In this document: positions 25,680 through 42,200 of the stretch, piece by piece
Layout: the number at the start of each line of letters is the position of its first letter
Position numbering within the stretch: the stretch's first letter is position 1
Assembly (NCBI GenBank): GCA_964016885.1
Contig: OZ024741.1
Coordinates: 55,366,001 to 55,430,000 of the forward strand
DNA length: 64,000 nucleotides
DNA from: Eledone cirrhosa
Lineage: Eukaryota
Reading direction: 5' to 3'
Program-made: the position numbers and the translations under genes
The notes under the pieces: generated by a model
The model's database searches: none
Seen by the model: only the letters and a program-made list of their open reading frames with translations
What the model was told of the DNA's origin: nothing

Positions 25680-25855
25680 AAAATAAATAAGTCAAATGTT
25701 TAAAATGTGGCTTCGTTTATAAACGAGGCCAAATTTTAAACATTTGACTTATTTATTTTATTTTACATTACTCCGGAGTAACCAAACCAACCTGCGCACT
25801 TCGTCGAGTGCTCCAATCTGCATACTGAGGTGTTGGTATACAACCAACATATACT

Positions 25856-25860
<5 letters not shown>
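25680..25860. mobile_element. Foldback insertion (14297 family)
   Basis: Palindrome centred near 25719 followed by the sense tail. Confidence 0.8.
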
Positions 25861-25905
<45 letters not shown>

Positions 25906-26419
25906 ATGTGTGTGTATATATGTGTGTATATGTATATGTATATGGGTGTGTATGCGTATGTATGTGTGTATATATATATATATGTATATATGTGTATGTA
26001 TATATGTGTTGATATGTGTTTGTATGTAGTATATATGGACTGTAGATACATTTACATATAGGGAAGTGAATATGTGAGCCAGCATGTCCCCCCACACTTC
26101 CTCTCCCAGACCAATATCAACAACACATCTTTGACAAATATTCCCAAACTATCCTTCTTTTCTCTTTTTCCTGTCATCCCATTCTTATCAAAAGACATGT
26201 ACCTTACACATCATTAAAACACAGACAAGCACCTAAATTCATATTTGATATAGAAACCTGTAGAAGTTATTCTTTATGGATTTGGAAGGAAAGAGTTGAT
26301 TCAGCTATGCCATTATAAACTCATCAAAGGTCAGCTAATGAAATAAAACTAGCCGGAGAGTAGGTTTATGACAACCTTCTCAAACACCCTTATCTTACAA
26401 CCTCACCATTTTCTGAGTG

Positions 26420-26472
<53 letters not shown>

Positions 26473-27057
26473 TAATTCCTCATGACCTTCATCATCATCA
26501 TCAACACTCATTAACACCACACGCCACACCACAGACACATCCAAATCTCTCTCTTATATATAATCACACATTTCAACACAATCTCATCTGAGTTTGACAA
26601 TCGCCACAGACAGACGAATGCGAGAAAGTTCTCCAGGCCAAGTTAACCAGGAATCTTTAAAATTCTTCCCGCCGAAGTTAACAAAGAACTTACTGGATCT
26701 ACCAACTCATAATATTATAATATTATATTATAACAATTATATTATAACATTAAATCATAACATTTTTTAACACTACAAGTGAAGTCATTCTTTTCCTTTT
26801 TTTCAAATATACGTAACTGTACCAAGGATCTCACACATTTTACAATATATATATATATATATATACTATAAAGTATGTCCATAGAATCATTTGATAATAT
26901 ATATACACCATTTCCTCTCCCAATTAGCATAATTAACCTCACAAAAAATCAATTAGACCAGGCTATAAGATTAAAAGGCACCTATGAAGAAATAGTAAAT
27001 AAATAAACGACACCAATCTCTTCGCGGCCAACCAAATATATATATATACATATATAT

Positions 27058-27389
27058 ATTTCGTTTCTGAATTTGTTTAGCAAGATTCTTTATCTGAAAA
27101 CGTGTGTTGAAACCGATATTGTTATACTTTGGGAGGGTCATGTTGCCAATAAGAAACACACGCACCAGTTGTTTCACTTCAATTTATTATAATAAATTTA
27201 TAAATTTAGGAATTTATAAATTTCCGGTTGGTTGGTTGGTTGGTTCCACAACCAGATGGTTGTTTATATATTGTCAAAGTTCTTTCGTTACACATTCTGT
27301 GACCTCTTCGGTAACTGGGGATTCTTTTCTTTGTTTTTGTGCCTCTCCTTTGTTCTGTCCTACGCCATCTTGTTTCTGTGTGTGTCAGA

Positions 27390-27393
<4 letters not shown>
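27058..27393 (-). mobile_element. Antisense copy of the 20866 family, including its longer 3' tail
   Basis: Reverse complement matches 20866-21115 and extends to ...AATTCAGAAACGAAATATA. Confidence 0.8.
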
Positions 27394-27444
<51 letters not shown>

Positions 27445-27450
27445 CTACTT

Positions 27451-28878
<1,428 letters not shown>

Positions 28879-28987
28879 ATATATATATATATATATATAT
28901 ATTTGGTTGACATACGAAACTCCAGAGTAACAAGATTCAATATTTAGCATTAATAAAATAAATATATATAATAGATCATCATCAGCA

Positions 28988-29110
<123 letters not shown>

Positions 29111-29119
29111 TCTTCTTCT

Positions 29120-29440
29120 TGAAATTAATTCAGCTTCCTGTCTACCATCCCGCATAAACACGGCCCCGAGGTATTTCTCTACCTGCTTCAGTGGGACTCC
29201 ATTCACATGTAGAGTGCACTGTGCAGGCTTCTTTGAGAGGATCAGTGTCTCAATTTTCGCAGCAATGATTTTTATTCCAGCTATGCAGCACTCGACATCA
29301 AACCTATTAAGTGCAAGTCGGAGATCAACTTCTGTCGAGTTAATTAACACCATGTCGTCTGCAAATTGCAGCCCACTGATTTTACACTCATCAGTCATGA
29401 TACCATTTACAGCCCGGCTGCACATGGCAAACCTGTGTAG
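29120..29440 (-). pseudogene. RTE-clade LINE reverse transcriptase fragment
   Basis: LQFADDMVL...[11 protein letters not shown]...GIKI...K.ETL...LKQVEKYLG; flanked by (CTT)n and (GAA)n. Confidence 0.85.
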
Positions 29441-29470
29441 GTGAATGTGCAGTAGAGGTGTCTGCACTGT

Positions 29471-29587
<117 letters not shown>

Positions 29588-29692
29588 AATAGAAGAGCAA
29601 CTACAAGCGAAAAGCAACAACCACATCAACAAGAATCTGATGAATGCAATCATGTATAAAAAGACGTTCAACATTTCACACACATTTTTCAC

Positions 29693-29749
<57 letters not shown>

Positions 29750-29772
29750 AAGTGAGAGAGAGAGAGAGACGT

Positions 29773-29849
<77 letters not shown>

Positions 29850-30120
29850 CATACAGTATATATGTATATACATATATATGCATATACATATATATATATG
29901 TATATACATATATATACATATATATATACGTATATATATACATATATATACGTATAAATATATCTATACATATATATATATACGTATATATATACATATA
30001 TATACGTATATGTATATATACATATATATATATACGTATATGTATACATATATATATACGTATGTATATACATATATTTACATATATATATACATATATA
30101 TATATATAAACATATACACA

Positions 30121-30162
<42 letters not shown>

Positions 30163-30325
30163 TATATATGTACATATATACATACATACAGACATATACG
30201 TACATACATACATACATATACATACATACATACATACATACATACATACATACATACATACATACATACATGATGGCTGCCCCCTCGTTATCGAGTATGG
30301 CCATTGAAAAGAGAAAAAAAAAAAG

Positions 30326-30356
<31 letters not shown>

Positions 30357-30849
30357 TATACACACACATACATATATATATATACACACACATATATATA
30401 CACATGCATATATATTAATACATACATACATACATACATACATGAGAGTGTAGAAATTGAAATATTGAAATATTGAAAGATTGAAATCTAAACTGGAATA
30501 ATTTAGTAATTGGTGTTGTGTGTAATTTAGACTTGGTATGGAGTTGTAATAATGTCTTAGTAGGGTCTGATATATCAGATCTCATTAACTTGTCTTTTAA
30601 CCCAAATAACCTACAGTGCATCACTAATTATATTTACATATATATAAAATTGATGACGTTTTAAGCTGTTAGCTAACACATACAATGATTATCATTGGCC
30701 TCTCTGCTTGTAGGCTTTTTTAGATTTATATACTTTTATATTTTTATGTTTTTTTAAATAATTTTATTCAAACTAACAGTTTAGTGAACGGAATGTTTCT
30801 ACATACGTATATGTACGTATATAATAGTGTGATAAAAGAACAAACGCAC

Positions 30850-30936
<87 letters not shown>

Positions 30937-30986
30937 CATGGATACATGTATACATTTATATTCATATACAATATATATATGTATAC

Positions 30987-31040
<54 letters not shown>

Positions 31041-31049
31041 TATACATGT

Positions 31050-31090
<41 letters not shown>

Positions 31091-31102
31091 AACATATACA
31101 CA

Positions 31103-31168
<66 letters not shown>

Positions 31169-31410
31169 TATATGTATATATATATATACATACACGAATA
31201 TATACATACACAAACATATACACACACACACACACACATACACATATATATATATATACATATATCAATGGGCTTTACTCTGCTCCTATCTGGAATTGAA
31301 ATTGTCGTTTACATAAGGGGTGTGTGGGTGTTAATGGTACGGTGATTAAATATGGTTGTTCACTTAAAATTGATTAATCCATATAAACATAACACTTTAT
31401 TATTTGTGTT

Positions 31411-31449
<39 letters not shown>

Positions 31450-31549
31450 TTTACACACATACATGCGTAAAACATACACATACACATGCATGTACACACA
31501 TACACACACACACACACACACATACACATATATATATATATGTATATAT

Positions 31550-31613
<64 letters not shown>

Positions 31614-31677
31614 ATACTTTGGGAGGGTCATGTTGCCAATAATTCAGAAACGAAATATATATATATATATATATAAT

Positions 31678-31812
31678 AGGTAAACAGAAATAACAACACA
31701 AACCTTACAGTATATGGAAGGAATATATCAGTTTAACGCTTGAAATAGCAGGAAGAATGTCTAAACGTTTCGGACGCAGGTCCTTCATCAGAAGAAAAAA
31801 TGAGAATTTAGA
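31678..31812 (-). mobile_element. 3' end of the Neptune-like PLE family with HHR (31760-31795)
   Basis: Reverse complement matches 61036-61162; tctt CTGATGA a GGAC ctgc GTCC GAAA cg TT taga. Confidence 0.8.
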
Positions 31813-32084
31813 AAGATTGAGGGGACATGTAGTGTGTGTGGGGGAGGGAGTGGGGTGGTAGGGCCTTTGCATATAAACATATTTGTGTGTATATGCAGCC
31901 TAAATGTATATACATATACACAGATTCACACAAACATGAATATATTATAATTCACAAGGAAAATGTGGTAGGGACTTCGATGTTTTTGCTTGTGGTCGGC
32001 AAGATAAAATCATTGCTCAATTTTTATGTAATGAATGCACAATGATCAAATATTTGATTACTTTTATGTCCTGTAGCATTTAGA

Positions 32085-32635
32085 GGTATGTATGGTGCTA
32101 TTTAGAATTATGTCTGGAGTTATTTACAGTTATGTCTGGTGTTATTTTCAGTTATGTCTGGTGTTATTTACAGTTATGTCTAGTGTAATTTAGAGTTATG
32201 TCTTGTGTTATCTAAAGTTATGTCTGGTGTTATTTAAATTTATGTCTGGTGTTATTTAGACTTATATCATGTGTTATTTAGAGGTACGTCTGGTGTTATT
32301 TAGAGTTATGTCTGGTGTTATTTAGAGTTATGTCCTGTGTTATTTAGAGGTATGTCCTGTGTTATTTAGAGTTTTGTCTGGTGTTATTTAGAGTTTTGTC
32401 CTGTGTTGTTTAGAGTTATTTCTGGTGTTATTTAGAGTTATGTCAGGTCTTATTTAATGTTATGTCCTGTGTTATGTCTGGTGTTATTTAGTATTATGTC
32501 CTGTGTTGTTTAGAGTTACGTCTGGTGTTATTTAGAGTTGTGTCCTGTGTAGTTTAGTGTTATGTCCTGTGTTATTTAGAGTTATGTCTGGTGTTATTTA
32601 GAATTATGTCCTGTGTTGCTTAGAGTTATGTCCGG
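32085..32635. repeat. 22/23-bp degenerate minisatellite
   Basis: TGGTGTTATTTAGAGTTATGTC and a CCTGTG variant. Confidence 0.9.
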
Positions 32636-32834
32636 TATAATTTAGCGGAACGCCACTGCTGGTGGTTTTTGTGACAAACAACAATATTTGTGCTATATAG
32701 GTACAATTCTATGTCAGGTGATATGTTTTATATAATAACCTAGGGAGGATAAATCAAAAGGGTACGAAATAGAATAGAGCCACAACGTGACAAAATCAGT
32801 GTGATAGAGATGAAGTGAGAAAGAGATATAGAGG

Positions 32835-32925
32835 AGTAATCGATCCCAGTACTAGACTGGTCCATCTTTAATCGACCACGAATGGAGGCAAAGTTGACCT
32901 CGGTGAATTAGAACTCAGAGAACAG
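32835..32925 (-). mobile_element. Degenerate SINE fragment
   Basis: GGCAAAGTTGACCTCGG...GAACTCAGA. Confidence 0.65.
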
Positions 32926-33246
32926 AATGCGGAAACGAATATCGTAAATAGTAATTACACCTCATATGCTTGCATTCAGGATAATCAGCCAAGGGCTCAG
33001 AAGTAACAACTTGACAACTCCTTGATGAAGTTAGTAAACCTTCAATAGCATTCACATAGGTACTGACATACGTCGTATCTAGGATCTTTTAAATAGCTGT
33101 CAGGGCCATTCTCCTATCCAGTTCTAAATACAGCAGGTTTCTTCTGGATTTCTTCTATATACATATAGGTAAATATACATATAGATAGCTTGGAAATTTG
33201 CAACATTTTGGTTGATTGAGATTTCTTAAGAAAAACAGGAAAAGCA

Positions 33247-36200
33247 AGATAGGAATGGATCTTGTCCTCAACTTTGATTAGATAGGAATGGATCTTGTCC
33301 TTAACTTTGATTAGATAGGAATGGATCTTGTCCTTAACTTTGATTAGATAGGAATGGATCTTGTCCTTAACTTTCATTAGATAGGAATGGATCTTGTCCT
33401 TAACTTTCATTAGATAGGAATGGATCTTGTCCTCTACTTTGATTAGATAGGAATGGATCTTGTCCTTAACTTTGATTAGATAGGAATGGATCTTGTCCTT
33501 AACTTTGATTAGATAGGAATGGATCTTGTCCTCAACTTTGATTAGATAGGAATGGATCTTGTCCTTAACTTTGATTAGATAGGAATGGATCTTGTCCTTA
33601 ACTTTGATTAGATAGGAATGGATCTTGTCCTTAACTTTGATTAGATAGGAATGGATCTTGTCCTTAACTTTGATTAGATAGGAATGGATCTTGTCCTTAA
33701 CTTTGATTAGATAGGAATGGATCTTGTCCTCAACTTTGATTAGATAGGAATGGATCTTGTCCTTAACTTTGATTAGATAGGAATGGATCTTGTCCTTAAC
33801 TTTGATTAGATAGGAATGGATCTTGTCCTTAACTTTGATTAGATAGGAATGGATCTTGTCCTCAACTTTGATTAGATAGGAATGGATCTTGTCCTTAACT
33901 TTGATTAGATAGGAATGGATCTTGTCCTTAACTTTGATTAGATAGGAATGGATCTTGTCCTTAACTTTGATTAGATAGGAATGGATCTTGTCCTTAACTT
34001 TGATTAGATAGGAATGGATCTTGTCCTTAACTTTCATTAGATAGGAATGGATCTTGTCCTCTACTTTGATTAGATAGGAATGGATCTTGTCCTTAACTTT
34101 CATTAGATAGGAATGGATCTTGTCCTTAACTTTCATTAGATAGGAATGGATCTTGTCCTTAACTTTGATTAGATAGGAATGGATCTTGTCCTTAACTTTC
34201 ATTAGATAGGAATGGATCTTGTCCTCAACTTTCATTAGATAGAAATGGATCTTGTCCTGAACTTTCATTAGATAGGAATGGATCTTGTCCTTAACTTTGA
34301 TTAGATAGGAATGGATCTTGTCCTCAACTTTCATTAGATAGGAATGGATCTTGTCCTTAACTTTCATTAGATAGGAATGGATCTTGTCCTTAACTTTGAT
34401 TAGATAGGAATGGATCTTGTCCTTAACTTTGATTAGATAGGAATGGATCTTGTCCTTAACTTTGATTAGATAGGAATGGATCTTGTCCTCAACTTTCATT
34501 AGATAGGAATGGATCTTGTCCTCAACTTTCATTAGATAGGAATGGATCTTGTCCTCAACTTTGATTAGATAGGAATGGATCTTGTCCTCAACTTTGATTA
34601 GATAGGAATGGATCTTGTCCTCAACTTTGATTAGATAGGAATGGATCTTGTCCTTAACTTTGATTAGATAGGAATGGATCTTGTCCTCTACTTTGATTAG
34701 ATAGGAATGGATCTTGTCCTCTACTTTGATTAGATAGGAATGGATCTTGTCCTTAACTTTGATTAGATAGGAATGGAACTTGTCCTCTACTTTGATTAGA
34801 TAGGAATGGATCTTGTCCTCTACTTTGATTAGATAGGAATGGATCTTGTCCTTAACATTGATTAGATAGGAATGGATCTTGTCCTTAACATTGATTAGAT
34901 AGGAATGGATCTTGTCCTTAACTTTGATTAGATAGGAATGGATCTTGTCCTCTACTTTGATTAGATAGGAATGGATCTTGTCCTCTACTTTGATTAGATA
35001 GGAATGGATCTTGTCCTTAACTTTGATTAGATAGGAATGGAACTTGTCCTCTACTTTGATTAGATAGGAATGGATCTTGTCCTCTACTTTGATTAGATAG
35101 GAATGGATCTTGTCCTTAACTTTGATTAGATAGGAATGGATCTTGTCCTTAACATTGATTAGATAGGAATGGATCTTGTCCTCTACTTTGATTAGATAGG
35201 AATGGATCTTGTCCTTAACTTTGATTAGATAGGAATGGATCTTGTCCTCTACTTTGATTAGATAGGAATGGATCTTGTCCTCTACTTTGATTAGATAGGA
35301 AATGATCTTGTCCTTAACTTTCATTAGATAGGAATGGATCTTGTCCTCTACTTTGATTAGATAGGAATGGATCTTGTCCTTAAGTTTCATTAGATAGGAA
35401 TGGATCTTGTCCTTAAGTTTGATTAGATAGGAATGGATCTTGTCCTTAACTTTGATTAGATAGGAATGGATCTTGTCCTTAACTTTCATTAGATAGGAAT
35501 GGATCTTGTCCTCTACTTTGATTAGATAGGAATGGATCTTGTCCTTAACTTTCATTAGATAGGAATGGATCTTGTCCTTAACTTTGATTAGATAGGAATG
35601 GATCTTGTCCTCAACTTTCATTAGATAGGAATGGATCTTGTCCTTAACTTTGATTAGATAGGAATGGATCTTGTCCTTAACTTTCATTAGATAGGAATGG
35701 ATCTTGTCCTTAACTTTGATTAGATAGGAATGGAACTTGTCCTTAACTTTCATTAGATAGGAATGGATCTTGTCCTCAACTTTCATTGGATAGGAATGGA
35801 TCTTGTCCTTAACTTTCATTAGATAGGAATGGATCTTGTCCTTAACTTTGATTAGATAGGAATGGATCTTGTCCTTAACTTTGATTAGATAGGAATGGAT
35901 CTTGTCCTTAACTTTGATTAGATAGGAATGGATCTTTTCCTTTACTTTCATTAGATAGGAATGGATCTTGTCCTCAACTTTGATTAGATTGGAATGGATC
36001 TTGTCCTTAACTTTGATTAGATAGGAATGGATCTTGTCCTTAAATTTCATTAGATAGGAATGGATCTTGTCCTCAACTTTCATTAGATAGGAATGGATCT
36101 TGTCCTTAACTTTGATTAGATAGGAATGGATCTTGTCCTCAACTTTCATTAGATAGGAATGGATCTTGTCCTTAACTTTGATTAGATAGGAATGGATCTT

Positions 36201-39200
36201 GTCCTCAACTTTCATTAGATAGGAATGGATCTTGTCCTTAACTTTGATTAGATAGGAATGGATCTTGTCCTCAACTTTCATTAGATAGGAATGGATCTTG
36301 TCCTTAACTTTGATTAGATAGGAATGGATCTTGTCCTTAACTTTCATTAGATAGGAATGGTCTTGTCCTCAACTTTGATTAGATAGGAATGGATCTTGTC
36401 CTTAACTTTGATTAGATAGGAATGGATCTTGTCCTTAACTTTGATTAGATAGGAATGGATCTTGTCCTCAACTTTGATTAGATAGGAATGGATCTTGTCC
36501 TTAACTTTCATTAGATAGGAATGGATCTTGTCCTTAACTTTGATTAGATAGGAATGGATCTTGTCCTCAACTTTGATTAGATAGGAATGGATTTTGTCCT
36601 TAACTTTCATTAGATAGGAATGGATCTTGTCCTTAACTTTGATTATATAGGAATGGATCTTGTCCTTAACTTTGATTAGATAGGAATGGATCTTGTCCTT
36701 AACTTTCATTAGATGGGAATGGATCTTGTCCTCAATTTTCATTAGATAGGAATGGATCATTTCCTTTACTTTCATTAGATAGGAATGGATCTTGTCCTTA
36801 ACTTTGATTAGATAGGAATGGATCTTGTCCTTAACTTTGATTAGATAGGAATGGATCTTTTCCTCAACTTTCATTAGATAGGAATGGATCTTGTCCTTAA
36901 CTTTCATTAGATAGGAATGGATCTTGTCCTTAACTTTGATTAGATAGGAATGGATCTTGTCCTTAACTTTGATTAGATAGGAATGGATCTTTTCCTTTAC
37001 TTTCATTAGATAGGAATGGATCTTTTCCTTTACTTTCATTAGATAGGAATGGATCTTGTCCTTAACTTTGATTAGATAGGAATGGATCTTGTCCTTAACT
37101 TTGATTAGATAGGAATGGATCTTGTCCTTAACTTTGATTAGATAGGAATGGATCTTTTCCTTTACTTTCATTAGATAGGAATGGATCTTGTCCTTAACTT
37201 TGATTAGATAGGAATGGGATCTTGTCCTTAACTTTGATTAGATAGGAATGGATCTTTTCCTTTACTTTCATTAGATAGGAATGGATCTTGTCCTCAATTT
37301 TCATTAGATAGGAATGGATCTTTTCCTTAACTTTCATTAGATAGGAATGGATCTTGTCCTCAATTTTCATTAGATAGGAATGGATCTTGTCCTTAACTTT
37401 GATTAGATAGGAATGGATCTTGTCCTTAACTTTGATTAGATAGGAATGGATCTTGTCCTTAACTTTGATTAGATAGGAATGGATCTTGTCCTCAACTTTG
37501 ATTAGATAGGAATGGATCTTGTCCTTAACTTTGATTAGATAGGAATGGATCTTGTCCTTAACTTTGATTAGATAGGAATGGATCTTGTCCTCAACTTTGA
37601 TTAGATAGGAATGGATCTTGTCCTTAACTTTGATTAGATAGGAATGGATCTTGTTCTTAACTTTGATTAGATAGGAATGGATCTTGTCTTTAACTTTGAT
37701 TAGATGGGAATGGATCTTGTCCTCAACTTTGATTAGATAGGAATGGATCTTGTCCTTAACTTTCATTAGATAGGAATGGATCTTGTCCTTAACTTTGATT
37801 ATATAGCAATGGATCTTGTCCTTAACTTTGATTAGATAGGAATGGATCTTGTCCTTAACTTTCATTAGATGGGAATGGATCTTGTCCTCAATTTTCATTA
37901 GATAGGAATGGATCATTTCCTTTACTTTCATTAGATAGGAATGGATCTTGTCCTCAACTTTGATTAGATAGGAATGGATCTTGTCCTTAACTTTCATTAG
38001 ATAGGAATGGATCCTGTCCTTAAATTTGATTAGATAGGAATGGATCTTTTCCTCAACTTTCATCAGATACGAATGGATCTTTTCCTCAACTTTCATTAGA
38101 TAGGAATGGATCTTGTCCTTAACTTTCATCAGATAGGAATGGATCTTTTCCTCAACTTTCATTAGATAGGAATGGATCTTGTCCTTAACTTTCATCAGAT
38201 AGGAATGGATCTTTTCCTCAAATTTGATTAGATAGGAATGGATCTTGTCCTTAACTTTGATTAGATAGGAATGGATCTTGTCCTTAACTTTGATTAGATA
38301 GGAATGGATCTTGTCCTTAACTTTCATTAGATAGGAATGGATCTTGTCCTTAAATTTGATTAGATAGGAATGGATCTTGTCCTTAACTTTGATTAGATAG
38401 GAATGGATCTTGTCCTTAACTTTGATTAGATAGGAATGGATCTTGTCCTCTACTTTGATTAGATAGGAATGGATCTTGTCCTTAACTTTGATTAGATAGG
38501 AATGGATCTTGTCCTTAACTTTCATTAGATAGGAATGGATCTTGTCCTTAACTTTGATTAGATAGGAATGGATCTTGTCCTCAATTTTCATTAGATAGGA
38601 ATGGATCTTTTCCTTTACTTTCATTAGATAGGAATGCATCTTGTCCTTAACTTTGATTAGATAGGAATGGATCTTTTCCTCAACTTTCATTAGATAGGAA
38701 TGGATCTTGTCCTTAACTTTCATTAGATAGGAATGGATCTTGTCCTTAACTTTGATTAGATAGGAATGGATCTTGTCCTTAACTTTGATTAGATAGGAAT
38801 GGATCTTTTCCTCAACTTTCATTAGATAGGAATGGATCTTGTCCTTAACTTTCATTAGATAGGAATGGATCTTGTCCTTAACTTTGATTAGATAGGAATG
38901 GATCTTGTCCTCAATTTTCACTAGATAGGAATGGATCTTTTCCTTTACTTTCATTGGATAGGAATGGATCTTGTCCTTAACTTTGATTAGATAGGAATGG
39001 ATCTTGTCCTTAACTTTGATTAGATAGGAATGGATCTTTTCCTTTACTTTCATTAGTTAGGAATGGATCTTTTCCTTTACTTTCATTAGATAGGAATGGA
39101 TCTTGTCCTTAACTTTGATTAGATAGGAATGGATCTTGTCCTTAACTTTGATTAGATAGGAATGGATCTTGTCCTTAACTTTGATTAGATAGGAATGGAT

Positions 39201-42200
39201 CTTTTCCTTTACTTTCATTAGATAGGAATGGATCTTGTCCTTAACTTTGATTAGATAGGAATGGATCTTTTCCTTAACTTTGATTAGATAGGAATGGATC
39301 TTTTCCTTTACTTTCATTAGATAGGAATGGATCTTGTCCTCAATTTTCATTAGATAGGAATGGATCTTTTCCTTAACTTTCATTAGATAGGAATGGATCT
39401 TGTCCTCAATTTTCATTAGATAGGAATGGATCTTGTCCTTAACTTTCATTAGATAGGAATGGATCTTGTCCTTAACTTTCATTAGATAGGAATGGATCTT
39501 GTCCTTAACTTTCATTAGATAGGAATGGATCTTGTCCTCAATTTTCATTAGATAGGAATGGATCTTTTCCTTAACTTTCATTAGATAGGAATGGATCTTG
39601 TCCTCAATTTTCATTAGATAGGAATGGATCTTGTCCTTAACTTTCATTAGATAGGAATGGATCTTGTCCTTAACTTTCATTAGATAGGAATGGATCTTGT
39701 CCTTAACTTTCATTAGATAGGAATGGATCTTGTCCTTAACTTTGATTAGATAGGAATGGATCTTGTCCTTAACTTTGATTAGATAGGAATGAATCTTGTC
39801 CCTAACTTTGATTAGATAGGAATGGATCTTGTCCTTAACTTTGATTAGATAGGAATGGATCTTGTCCTTAACTTTCATTAGATAGGAATGGATCTTGTCC
39901 TTAACTTTGATTAGATAGGAATGGATCTTGTCCTCAACTTTGATTAGATAGGAATGGATCTTGTCCTTAACTTTCATTAGATAGGAATGGATCTTGTCCT
40001 TAACTTTGATTAGATAGGAATGGATCTTGTCCTCAACTTTCATTAGATAGGAATGGATCTTGTCCTTAACTTTCATTAGATAGGAATGGATCTTGTCCTT
40101 AACTTTGATTAGATAGGAATGGATCTTGTCCTTAACTTTCATCAGATAGGAATGGATCTTGTCCTTAACTTTCATCAGATAGGAATGGATCTTTTCCTCA
40201 ACTTTCATTAGATAGGAATGGATCTTGTCCTTAACTTTGATTAGATAGGAATGGATCTTGTCCTTAACTTTCATTAGATAGGAATGGATCTTTTCCTCAA
40301 CTTTCATTAGATAGGAATGGATCTTGTCCTTAACTTTGATAAGATAGGAATGGATCTTCTCCTTAACTTTGATTAGATAGGAATGGATCTTGTCCTTAAC
40401 TTTGATTAGATAGGAATGGATCTTGTCCTTAACTTTGATTAGATAGGAATGGATCTTTTCCTTAACTTTGATTAGATAGGAATGGATCTTGTCCTTAACT
40501 TTGATTAGATAGGAATGGATCTTGTCCTCTACTTTGATTAGATAGGAATGGATCTTGTCCTTAACTTTGATTAGATAGGAATGGATCTTGTGCTTAACTT
40601 TCATTAGATAGGAATGGATCTTGTCCTTAACTTTGATTAGATAGTAATGGATCTTGTACTCAATTTTCATTAGATAGGAATGGATCTTTTCCTTTACTTT
40701 CATTAGATAAGAATGGATCTTGTCCTTAACTTTGATTAGATAGGAATGGATCTTTTCCTCAACTTTCATTAGATAGGAATGGATCTTGTCCTTAACTTTC
40801 ATTAGATAGGAATGGATCTTGTCCTTAACTTTGATTAGTTAGGAATGGATCTTGTCCTTAACTTTCATTAGATAGGAATGGATCTTTTCCTCAACTTTCA
40901 TTAGATAGGAATGGATCTTGTCCTTAACTTTCATTAGATAGGAATGGATCTTGTCCTTAACTTTCATTAGATAGGAATGGATCTTGTCCTTAACTTTCAT
41001 TAGATAGGAATGGATCTTTTCCTCAACTTTCATTAGATAGGAATGGATCTTGTCCTCTAATTTCATTAGATAGGAATGGATCTTGTCCTCAACTTTCATT
41101 AGATAGGAATGGATCTTGTCTTTAACTTTGATTAGATAGGAATGGACCTTGTCCTTAACTTTGATTAGATAGGAATGGATCTTGTCTTTAACTTTGATTA
41201 GATAGGAATGGATCTTGTCCTTAACTTTGATTAGATAGGAATGGATCTTGTCCTTAACTTTAATTAGATAGGAATGGATCTTGTCCTTAACGTTGATTAG
41301 ATAGGAATGAATCTTGTCCTTAACTTTGATTAGATAGGAATGGATCTTGTCCTTAACTTTGATTTGATAGGAATGGATCTTGTCCTTAACTTTCACTAGA
41401 TAGGAATGGATCTTGTCCTTAACTTTGATTAGATAGGAATGGATCTTGTCCTTAACTATCATTAGATAGGAATGGATATTGTCCTCAAGTTTGATTAGAT
41501 AGGAATGGATATTGTCCTCAACTTTCATTAGATAGGAATGGATCTTGTCCTCAACTTTGATTAGATAGGAATGGATCTTGTCCTCAACTTTCATTAGATA
41601 GGAATGGATCTTGTCCTTTACTTTCATTAGATAGGAATGGATCTTGTCCTTAACTTTGATTAGATAGGAATGGATCTTGTCCTTAACTTTGATTAGATAG
41701 GAATGGATCTTGTCCTTAACTTTGATTAGATAGGAATGGATCTTGTCCTTTACTTTCATTAGATAGGAATGGATCTTGTCCTCAACTTTGATTAGATAGG
41801 AATGGATCTTGTCCTAAACTTTGATTAGATAGGAATGGATCTTGTCCTTAACTTTCATTAGATAGGAATGGATCTTGTCCTCAACTTTGATTAGATAGGA
41901 ATGGATCTTGTCCTTAACTTTGATTAGATAGGAATGGATCTTGTCCTTAACTTTGATTAGATAGGAATGGTTCTTGTCTTTAACTTTGATTAGATAGGAA
42001 TGGATCTTGTCCTTAACTTTCATTAGATAGGAATGGATCTTGTCCTTAACTTTCATTAGATAGGAATGGATCTTGTCCTTAACTTTGATTAGATAGGAAT
42101 GGATCTTGTCCTTTACTTTCATTAGATAGGAATGGATCTTGTCCTTAACTTTGATTAGATAGGAATGGATCTTGTCCTTAACTTTCATTAGATAGGAATG

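Noticed and set aside
32960-33160. Possible minus-strand exon next to the satellite
   Set aside because: In-frame TAA in the best frame, weak donor, no recognisable protein.
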